Source: a virus. From it: a DNA stretch of 64,000 bases. The stretch covers positions 39,869-103,868 of the IMG/VR virus record IMGVR_UViG_3300008050_000024, one strand, 5' to 3'. The number at the start of each line of letters is the position of its first letter. Position 1 is the stretch's first letter. Made by a program: the position numbers and the translations under genes. Positions 1 to 7,747 of this stretch are shown one piece after another. Under the pieces are notes generated by a model. That model made no database searches and was not told where the DNA came from. It was given only the letters and a program-made list of their open reading frames with translations.

Positions 1-705
1 TGCTATAGTGGTGGGATTGACAGTTTCACAGCATTCCACTTCTTACGAGATCGGTACGGTGTTGAGCGTCTCCGTCTTGTTTGGTTTGATCTCAAATCTC
101 GCTATAGTGAACGGGAGTGGGAATGGATTCAACGACAGGATCTGCGTTCCAATATTTCCATACAAGTAGATCGCAGTTTAGACTTGAGTGATCGGGAAGT
201 CGGAGAAAAGGCATACATACCTTTTCGCAATATGTTAATTGCTGCCCAAGCTGTCAAATACGGGGACATCGTATGTATGGCGGGAGTCTTGGACGATGTT
301 GTAGCCGATAAAAACAAGCCCATTTTTGAAGAAATGTCGCATGTGCTCAGTATGATGGAAAAACGGCCCCTTCGGGTTTGGAGTCCGTTTTGGGGATTAA
401 GGAAGCACGAAGTCGTTGCCTGGTTCCTAAACAACACGGAACATCCCAGAAACATTCTTGATACTATTTCCTGCTATTCCGGGCATTGCGACAGTAACTA
501 CTGCGGAGAGTGTCCCTGCTGTTTTCGAAAGTGGGTTGCTTTGCGGGCCAATGATGTGATCATAGATTTTATAAATATGAAATTATTGGAAGAATACTAT
601 ACACTGTGTCGTGACGGACATTACGATACAGAGAGGAATAGAAGCACTATTGAAGTTATCGATGAATATCGGCGTGAACTAAAGTTCCGAAAGGAAAGTG
701 AATAA
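1..705 (+). CDS. queC: 7-cyano-7-deazaguanine synthase QueC-like (5'-truncated by window edge)
   Basis: Frame 1 is open from base 1: CYSGGIDS (PP-loop SGGxDS), YIPFRN (QueC YVPxRN), TISCY-x-CGECPCC Zn cluster. The ORF track start at 184 is internal. Confidence 0.85.
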   Translation, partial: CYSGGIDSFTAFHFLRDRYGVERLRLVWFDLKSRYSEREWEWIQRQDLRSNISIQVDRSLDLSDREVGEKAYIPFRNMLIAAQAVKYGDIVCMAGVLDDVVADKNKPIFEEMSHVLSMMEKRPLRVWSPFWGLRKHEVVAWFLNNTEHPRNILDTISCYSGHCDSNYCGECPCCFRKWVALRANDVIIDFINMKLLEEYYTLCRDGHYDTERNRSTIEVIDEYRRELKFRKESE

Positions 706-1021
706 CATGAGAATCGCAGTTGACATTGACGGTGTCTTGACTTTGGAAACGGAAGGTCATGACTATACAAACCGAACACCGAATAAAGAAAACATCGAAA
801 AAGTAAATGAACTAGATGCGGCAGGACACACTATCATTCTGCACACAGCAAGATGGGAACAGGACCGTGGGGTTACCAAGGCGTGGTTAGATGCTCACGG
901 TCTTGTTGCTTGTGAATTGCTCATGGGCAAAGTGCTTTGTGATCTGTACATTGACGACAAAGCATCCACAACCATCCCGACGCCGCATGATCTCTATATG
1001 GCCCAGGAGGTATTCTCATGA
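698..1021 (+). CDS. Small capless HAD-superfamily phosphatase
   Basis: HAD motifs DIDGVL, ILHTAR, MGK, YIDDK; overlaps both neighbours. Confidence 0.8.
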   Translation: MNNMRIAVDIDGVLTLETEGHDYTNRTPNKENIEKVNELDAAGHTIILHTARWEQDRGVTKAWLDAHGLVACELLMGKVLCDLYIDDKASTTIPTPHDLYMAQEVFS

Positions 1022-2094
1022 TTGTATGGTTTGCCGGCACGGTAGGGAACAGAATTGAAGTTGAAAACTTTTGCAAATATCGCTTGCATTCGTATCACAG
1101 CATCCAAGATGGCGCAGCTACTCGCAATGTCATGCAAAACGAGGAACGGACGTACACTCTGTTCCTAGATAGTGGTGCTTTTTCCGCTTGGAACCTAGGC
1201 AAACCCATCCAAGTCCAAGACTATATCGATTACGTCAAAAATAACTTGTCTAAAATCGATTATTATGTGGTACTGGACGTAATTACCCAAGTCCAAGCTT
1301 CGTGGGAAAATCAGTGCGCTATGGAGGCCCAGGGACTTAAACCCCTTCCAGTCTACCATACGGAAGATCCGTTTCCATACTTGGATCGCTGTTTACACTA
1401 TGATTATTTCTGTTTAGGCGGGATGGCAAAAGGGTTTACGACAAAACAGCGTCGGGACTTTTTAGATGCCTGCTGGGAAAGAATGACAGACGCCGACGGG
1501 GCGCCTCTCACCAAGGTACACGGACTGGGAATGACATCCATCGACTTAATGATGCGTTATCCCTGGTACTCGGTTGACAGCACGTCTTGGCTATTAGCCA
1601 GTGCCATGGGAAATATCCTACTCCCCCGGTTGACCGAGTCCGGACCTGTATTTGATCAAAAGCCGTTGGTGCTGTCATCCTCCTCTCGGTCGCCTCAACA
1701 GGGTGATGACACAAAACACATACTAGCTATGAAAGGAAAAGAACGGGATCGTGTCTTTGGGTACTTGGCAGAATTGGGCGTCCCCTTGGGTGTATCGGAA
1801 TTTGTCAAGTATGAAGGACAGGAGATTTTAGAAGGACAAAAGAAATGCAAAGACGGGAAGGGACAGGAGATTTTAGAAACCATCAAGGAAGAGGGTGTAG
1901 CAAACAGTCGATACAGTCGATTTATCGTCAATGCGACATTCTTCAAACGATTAGCAGCTGGGTTGGGCAACTGGCGGGAACGTAGATTTGAACAAAAAAG
2001 AAAAGCCAAAAAAGGGTTCTTTTCAAAGAACGTATTTGTACAGCCTCCAGTAAAACGAGCGAAAGGAAAAGTGGATCATGATAAAAACAAATAG
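1018..2094 (+). CDS. TGT-fold (DpdA-like) guanine transglycosylase, probable DNA 7-deazaguanine insertase
   Basis: LFLDSGAFS, VVLDV, CLGGM, KVHGLG and YSVDSTSW correspond to TGT barrel motifs including both catalytic Asp positions; no tRNA-TGT Zn site; adjacent to queC. Confidence 0.75.
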   Translation: MIVWFAGTVGNRIEVENFCKYRLHSYHSIQDGAATRNVMQNEERTYTLFLDSGAFSAWNLGKPIQVQDYIDYVKNNLSKIDYYVVLDVITQVQASWENQCAMEAQGLKPLPVYHTEDPFPYLDRCLHYDYFCLGGMAKGFTTKQRRDFLDACWERMTDADGAPLTKVHGLGMTSIDLMMRYPWYSVDSTSWLLASAMGNILLPRLTESGPVFDQKPLVLSSSSRSPQQGDDTKHILAMKGKERDRVFGYLAELGVPLGVSEFVKYEGQEILEGQKKCKDGKGQEILETIKEEGVANSRYSRFIVNATFFKRLAAGLGNWRERRFEQKRKAKKGFFSKNVFVQPPVKRAKGKVDHDKNK

Positions 2095-3121
2095 GGAATA
2101 CCTTTTAGACCTGCTCCGGCTATTGAAGCCGGGATTGTCTGAAAAGGATTTAGTAGAGGAATTCGGCGCATTGCGCATTTGTCAAGGCACACTCGTCACC
2201 TACAACGACAAAATATCCGTCCAAGTACCTGCGCCACCCGGCTTAGAGGCACTTAACGGCATTGCAGTGAGGGTTCAGCCCCTTTATGAAATCCTATCAA
2301 AAATGGATGATACCGATATTGCATTATTGGCAGGAGAAGACAACCTTGAAATACGAGGAGCCCGAAACAAAGCCGAGCTTAAACTTCAAATCGTACAGGA
2401 AGAAATTCCCATTTGGAACGACATCGCCGCCCTAGAACAGCACGGAGGCTGGAGTGAGTTTCCCAAAGAATGCATTGACGCTATTCAAATGTGTCTATTC
2501 TGTTGTTCTAAAAACATGATGGACGGTGTGTTGACGTGCCTACACTTTACAGATTCAATGGTTGAGGGTTGTGATAACTATCGACTAGTCCGATATGCCT
2601 GGCCCGTACCGCTGCCCTCCTTTGGCGGACACATTATGATCCCGGGAGGTGCACTGTCCACATTGAGCCAGTATCCCATTTCAGAGATTGGATTGACCGA
2701 TGCCTGGATACACTTCAGAACAGAGCAGGGCGTGGTGTATTCATGTCGTACGTTTGCCGGCGAATACCCAGACACGGCTGGGTTTCTTGAGGTAACAGGA
2801 GACGCAATTAAACTCCCTTCACAGATCACAGATGTGATGGAGCGTGCCGCTGTGTTTTGCGACGACAAGTTTGAAGACGAGCAACTTGTAGATATTGAAT
2901 TACAGGGCCAGGGCAAGGTTTTGATCTCCTCCAAAGGATCCGACGGCTCATTCATGGAACAGCGGGTTCTTCGGTACGCAGGTCCGCCCAGGAAGTTCCA
3001 AGTGCATCCTGAATTTATCTCGGGAGTAATGTCAATCACGGATGACGCCATTATCGGCGAGGCTAGCCTCAAACTGGAAAAGGGCCCACTAGTTCATGTC
3101 GTACTATTGAGTGACGAGTAG
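2078..3121 (+). CDS. dnaN: DNA polymerase III beta-type sliding clamp
   Basis: 347 aa; GCDNYRL resembles ATDGHRL and GEYPD resembles G(x)FPD of DnaN; sits beside the polymerase and a DnaX-like loader. Confidence 0.75.
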   Translation: MIKTNREYLLDLLRLLKPGLSEKDLVEEFGALRICQGTLVTYNDKISVQVPAPPGLEALNGIAVRVQPLYEILSKMDDTDIALLAGEDNLEIRGARNKAELKLQIVQEEIPIWNDIAALEQHGGWSEFPKECIDAIQMCLFCCSKNMMDGVLTCLHFTDSMVEGCDNYRLVRYAWPVPLPSFGGHIMIPGGALSTLSQYPISEIGLTDAWIHFRTEQGVVYSCRTFAGEYPDTAGFLEVTGDAIKLPSQITDVMERAAVFCDDKFEDEQLVDIELQGQGKVLISSKGSDGSFMEQRVLRYAGPPRKFQVHPEFISGVMSITDDAIIGEASLKLEKGPLVHVVLLSDE

Positions 3122-3130
3122 AAAGAGCTT

Positions 3131-5857
3131 ATGAAATCTTTTTTTAGTAAGTCAGATCCCCTTTTAAAGCAAAAGGGATATTCGGGGAGTTGCCATACTT
3201 GCCGGCTGTATCTAACTTGCCAGAGCCCTAAAATGGTAGCATCTGGGATGGGTAATCGTAGAATCCTTCTAATAGGTGAAGCGCCAGGAGAAGCAGAAGA
3301 CGCCAGAGGGGAAGCAATGGTTGGGCCCTCTGGTCAGTTCCTGGAACAGACACTCCGGGCTAATGGTATTCTAATGTATGAGGACTGCTGGAAAACCTAC
3401 GCACTCCAATGCCGTCCTCCTAAAGGAAAGCAGATAACCGATGAGAGTTTATCTGCTTGTAGGACTCGAGTCATAAAAGAAATAGAAACACTCAAACCCC
3501 ATCTAATCATTTTGCTAGGAAAAACGCCTTTGTCCAACGTGCTGTTAGAAGAGTTAGATTCCGAGTTTACTGGAGCCATTGCCTCTTGGCGAGGTAGAGT
3601 GATTCCCTTTTATAAGTGGAATTGCTGGGTGGCTGTGGTATCTAATCCGGCATTCGTCCTAAAATCAGACACTAAGAAGGATTGCAATGCGCTACTTTTT
3701 AAGCAAGATATAGCAAAGAGCATCCAATACATAAATAAACCCCTTCCGGCGCCTATAGAGGAGCGTAGACACGTGCTCGGAACTCGGGAGGCTGTGGCCT
3801 TCTTGTCTAAATTGATCGTACGACCACCTGGAAACCGTGTCGCATACGATTATGAAGGAACAGGACTAAAGCCTCACGCAAAGGGACATGGCATTGTCTG
3901 TGTAGGATTAGCCGTAAATGAATCAGACGTGTACTCATTTCTTCTACCCCACATTGATCCTAAATGGACTGATGCTGAAATGCAGGAACATCTCCAACCT
4001 GAAGAGTTTCAGCTTATCTGTCTTTGGCGGCGATTCCTAGCAAGTGAACTGGTAAAGAAAACAGCACATCATTTGAAATTTGAACACAGCTGGTCTAAAG
4101 AGATCTACGGAACTGAGGTGAGGGGGTGGGAGTGGTGTTCAATGGAAGCTGCTCACATCTTGGACAATACGGAAGGAACAAACGGATTGAAATTCCTTGT
4201 GTTTGTTGAGTTTGGCATCACGGACTATAACGCCGATGTGTCGCAATACTTAAAATCCAGCAAAAAGGAAGAAAAGAGAGTAGGCAAAAACGCCATAAAC
4301 CGAATCCATCAGTGTAGCAAGCAACTGCTACTCGAATACGTAGGTGGCGATGCCTTGTACCAATGGCATCTAGGAGAACGACAAAGACAGCAGATGGAAA
4401 CGCATAAGTTTCGATATCCTCCTAATGTTCTCACAATACATGACGCATACGACTTGTTTCACGAAGGTGCTATTGTCCTGGCCGAGATTGAAGCCCACGG
4501 AGTAGCCATTGATACAAAGTATTCGACGCAGACCATGCAGGAACTCAATGGCCAGATTGAGGGGATCAAAAACGACCTAAAGGAAACCGAGGTGTACAAA
4601 GCATGGTATCAAAAATACGGATTCAATACCAATGTAGAATCCGGGGCCCAGCTAGCCGATGTGCTCTATAACATCCTGGGTCTTACTCCCACCAAAATGT
4701 CTGAAAGTGGAGAACAGGGGTCAACAGACCACGAAGCCGTAGCCGGTCTCATCGGAACCGTACAAGGAATTGAAGAAATAGCCCGCATAGGCAAATTAAG
4801 GAAAATATCAAGCACATACCTAGGCGGATACTTGAGGGAAAGCGTTGACGGTATCATACACCCCTTCTTTCATTTGCACATTCCCAGGACATTCCGATCC
4901 TGTAGCCGTAACCCTAACTTTCAAAACGTCCCGAAACGGGACTATGAGAGTATGTCAATCACACGTCGATCCATTATACCCCGCCCTGGACACGTTCTTG
5001 TCGAGATTGACTTCTCAAATATCGAAGTTCGCATCAGCGCCTGCTATCACAATGACAAGCAGATGATCATCTACATCAAAGATCCCACTACGGACATGCA
5101 CAGAGACCAAGCCATTGAAGTATTCAAAATGCAGCCTTCTTGGTGGCACGGATTAACTAAGCCCCAAGAGAAGAAAATGAAGCCTATCCGACATACAGCA
5201 AAGAACAAATTTGTATTCCCTCAATTTTACGGAGACTACTTTGTTAGTTGCGCCCAGGCTATGTGGCAGGAAGCCGCTGAACATACGCTTTTCAATGATG
5301 TTCCACTACTTGAACACATGAGATCTCAAGGCATTGGTACCTTAGAATCCTTCACTCAGCACATGAAAGAGGTCGAACACAGGTTTTGGCATGAACGCTT
5401 CCCAGAGTACACAGCTTGGAAGGAACAGTGGTATAAGGATTACATTGCCCGGGGTTGGTTTATAATGAAAACCGGGTTCAAATCAGAAGGGCTGTTTACC
5501 AGAAATGAAGTAATCAATCACCCTGTACAAGGACCAGCATTTCATTGCCTTTTATGGAGTGTCATTCAAATGCACAAGGAATTAAAAGCCCAAAACAGCC
5601 AGTCACGTATTTGTGCACAGATTCACGATTCCATGTTTTTAGATGCAGACCCGGATGATTTAGACTTTATTTTCGAGAAATCTACAGAGATAATGACACA
5701 GCGGTTGGTAGACGAATGGAAGTGGATCACAGTCCCATTGGCGATAGAACACGATGTCAGCAGGGTAGACGGGACTTGGCAAGAACAGACGACATTACCG
5801 TGGGATAAGTTAAAGAACAGACAAGAGGATATCCGTACGTTTTTAGCGAGTATATAG
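3131..5857 (+). CDS. polA: Family A DNA polymerase with N-terminal family-4 uracil-DNA-glycosylase-like domain and 3'-5' exonuclease
   Basis: UDG: CxxC, GEAPG, VGPSG, CRPP. Exo: YDYE, YVGGD. Pol: RSCSRNPNFQNVP, motif A DFSNIEVR, motif B RHTAKNKFVFPQFYG, NHPVQG, motif C QIHDS. Confidence 0.93.
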   Translation: MKSFFSKSDPLLKQKGYSGSCHTCRLYLTCQSPKMVASGMGNRRILLIGEAPGEAEDARGEAMVGPSGQFLEQTLRANGILMYEDCWKTYALQCRPPKGKQITDESLSACRTRVIKEIETLKPHLIILLGKTPLSNVLLEELDSEFTGAIASWRGRVIPFYKWNCWVAVVSNPAFVLKSDTKKDCNALLFKQDIAKSIQYINKPLPAPIEERRHVLGTREAVAFLSKLIVRPPGNRVAYDYEGTGLKPHAKGHGIVCVGLAVNESDVYSFLLPHIDPKWTDAEMQEHLQPEEFQLICLWRRFLASELVKKTAHHLKFEHSWSKEIYGTEVRGWEWCSMEAAHILDNTEGTNGLKFLVFVEFGITDYNADVSQYLKSSKKEEKRVGKNAINRIHQCSKQLLLEYVGGDALYQWHLGERQRQQMETHKFRYPPNVLTIHDAYDLFHEGAIVLAEIEAHGVAIDTKYSTQTMQELNGQIEGIKNDLKETEVYKAWYQKYGFNTNVESGAQLADVLYNILGLTPTKMSESGEQGSTDHEAVAGLIGTVQGIEEIARIGKLRKISSTYLGGYLRESVDGIIHPFFHLHIPRTFRSCSRNPNFQNVPKRDYESMSITRRSIIPRPGHVLVEIDFSNIEVRISACYHNDKQMIIYIKDPTTDMHRDQAIEVFKMQPSWWHGLTKPQEKKMKPIRHTAKNKFVFPQFYGDYFVSCAQAMWQEAAEHTLFNDVPLLEHMRSQGIGTLESFTQHMKEVEHRFWHERFPEYTAWKEQWYKDYIARGWFIMKTGFKSEGLFTRNEVINHPVQGPAFHCLLWSVIQMHKELKAQNSQSRICAQIHDSMFLDADPDDLDFIFEKSTEIMTQRLVDEWKWITVPLAIEHDVSRVDGTWQEQTTLPWDKLKNRQEDIRTFLASI

Positions 5858-5878
5858 ATTTAGTTGTTTATATAAGTC

Positions 5879-5908
5879 TTTACTTCGTATATAAAAGTAT
5901 GTTATACT
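5879..5908 (+). promoter_or_regulatory. Sigma70-like promoter with extended -10
   Basis: TTTACT-N18-TATACT with TG at the extended position (TGtTATACT) in an AT-rich gap; SD AAGGAGG upstream of 5948. Confidence 0.55.
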
Positions 5909-5947
5909 CTATTATTCGTATGAGAGTTTTTAAGGAGGTTTGTATAG

Positions 5948-6304
5948 ATGGAGCGAACAATGCCTATCTCAGGAACTAACTCCTGTTCCGATAACGCACC
6001 ACCAAAGATGACCCGGACATCGTTTCCTGGTCATACGGTTACAAAGGGCTACTATCGAATGTTCGTGGATAATCGTACCATGAAGAATATAGTAGGCGGC
6101 ATGAGGACTGTGTTCATTCACAGAAAAAGAAAATGGGTCAGGATTTACGACCCGTTCACTTCTTCAGGATCTGCCCAACTATCTAAAGGCATGTTTGACA
6201 CGATGACGGTAGAGCTCCTGACGCCAAAGCAACAGGCGTATGCGCAAAAGAAAGACAGGAGATTACGTGGGTTTATACCAGAAGCATCGTCCCTCGACCT
6301 TTGA
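5948..6304 (+). CDS. Hypothetical protein
   Basis: Strong SD AAGGAGG; follows promoter. Confidence 0.55.
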   Translation: MERTMPISGTNSCSDNAPPKMTRTSFPGHTVTKGYYRMFVDNRTMKNIVGGMRTVFIHRKRKWVRIYDPFTSSGSAQLSKGMFDTMTVELLTPKQQAYAQKKDRRLRGFIPEASSLDL

Positions 6305-7196
6305 CGGGGTCATAGGGAACAAGGAAGTAGTAGCGTCGCTTAAGACAATCTTAGCTAGGCCTAAAGAGCACATTCCAAAGGCCTTTCTTTTATCAGGACC
6401 TAGTGGCTGTGGCAAAACTACGATTGCCCGCATTATACGGGACGTGCTAGGCTGTGCCATTTTTGATTTTAAGGAAGTTGATACCGCAGACATGCGAGGT
6501 ATTGACATGGTGCGGGAACTCAACCGTATCGCTCATTACAAGACCACAGGAGGTTCCTGCCGGGTTATCCTTTTGGACGAATGCCACAAGATGACCAACG
6601 ATGCCCAGAACGCCTTACTCAAGTTGCTGGAAGATCCTCCACCCAATGTCTTTTTCATACTGGCCACAACAGATCCCCAGAAACTAATCAAAACAATCAT
6701 TACTCGTTGCACGTCCTTTGAACTGAAACCCCTACCCCAAAATGAGTTATGCTTACTACTGATGAAAGTAGCCCGTGCCGAGGGCAAACTCATAAAGCCG
6801 ACGTCACTCCAAAAGATAACCGAAGGAGCCAACGGCAGTCCTCGAGGCGCTCTCCAGATTCTAGAAAAAGTAATAGACTACCCCATTGATCAACTAGAAG
6901 AATTGATTACCAATATGGAGAGTTTTGATGCACGTGGTATCGATTTAGCACGTGCCTTAATAAAACGGGCGCACTGGAGTGAGATCCTCAAGATTTTAGC
7001 CGGTCTAACCGAGCCAGAAGAGTCCATTAGACGCTGTATCTTAGGATATAGCACGACTGTATTATCAAACCCCAAGACGTCAACAGCAGATCAAGCTCGG
7101 GCATACGTATTGTTGACCTGTTTCGAACGCCCGTACTACGATACAGGAAGAGCGGGGCTTATCATGTCCTGCTATGAAGCAAAGGCAACCAAATGA
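6240..7196 (+). CDS. dnaX: Clamp loader ATPase, DNA polymerase III gamma/tau-like
   Basis: YQKHRPSTF, Walker A GPSGCGKTT, Walker B LLDECH, QNALLKLLEDPP, TRC arginine finger. Start may be slightly downstream. Confidence 0.9.
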   Translation: MRKRKTGDYVGLYQKHRPSTFDGVIGNKEVVASLKTILARPKEHIPKAFLLSGPSGCGKTTIARIIRDVLGCAIFDFKEVDTADMRGIDMVRELNRIAHYKTTGGSCRVILLDECHKMTNDAQNALLKLLEDPPPNVFFILATTDPQKLIKTIITRCTSFELKPLPQNELCLLLMKVARAEGKLIKPTSLQKITEGANGSPRGALQILEKVIDYPIDQLEELITNMESFDARGIDLARALIKRAHWSEILKILAGLTEPEESIRRCILGYSTTVLSNPKTSTADQARAYVLLTCFERPYYDTGRAGLIMSCYEAKATK

Positions 7197-7747
7197 CAAC
7201 AGTTATAATTGAATCAGAAGAAGATTTCAAACATCGCATACGGCTTAATATGGGTGAGCTTGAGGAATTGTTTTTTGAGCATCCCGCAATCGTAGCCGAA
7301 TATGGCGAACTTGCTGCGAAAGCTGAGCGTGCCTACAATCTCGCTCACGAAACAGCACGGGAAACCCTTTTTGGTATTATGAACGATGCTAGAAAGAGTC
7401 CCACAGACTATGGGATCGTGTCGGCCCGTTCAGCTCCTCCCGAAGGCGCTATAGAGAGCACGGCACGGTCCGAACAAAGTGTAATTGACGCCCGCAGGGC
7501 AGAAGTAGAGGCACAGTCCATTTGGAATATAACCAAAGGACGAATGCAAGCTCTACACCACAGGAAAAAAATCATAGAGTCACTTGTAAACCTAACGCAC
7601 ATGGGGTTTTTTGCTGCTCCTAAAGATGCGCCTGGGGCACGATTGACTCCAACTAAGGAAAAGTCACAAGCTATCAATGAATCAGTGGACGCCGCAATCC
7701 GGCGATCACGCAATTTACCACATCCATTGGAGGGAACACATGAATAG
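7193..7747 (+). CDS. Recombination mediator, UvsY-like (putative)
   Basis: Helical ~180 aa protein upstream of SSB and RecA-like genes; inferred mostly from context. Confidence 0.5.
   Translation: MTTVIIESEEDFKHRIRLNMGELEELFFEHPAIVAEYGELAAKAERAYNLAHETARETLFGIMNDARKSPTDYGIVSARSAPPEGAIESTARSEQSVIDARRAEVEAQSIWNITKGRMQALHHRKKIIESLVNLTHMGFFAAPKDAPGARLTPTKEKSQAINESVDAAIRRSRNLPHPLEGTHE

Noticed and set aside
1-705. QueC as part of a QatABCD or CBASS-type defence system
   Set aside because: No ATPase, TatD or cyclase neighbours in the window; the context is a phage replication operon with a TGT-like gene.
1816-1878. 18-bp direct repeat GGACAGGAGATTTTAGAA (1816-1833, 1861-1878)
   Set aside because: Only two copies, in frame within a CDS (GQEILE twice); a local duplication, not a CRISPR array or att site.
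3131-5857. Uracil- or hydroxymethyluracil-substituted genome suggested by the UDG-PolA fusion
   Set aside because: Intact dUTPase and ThyX point to ordinary dTTP synthesis; no hydroxymethylase was recognised.
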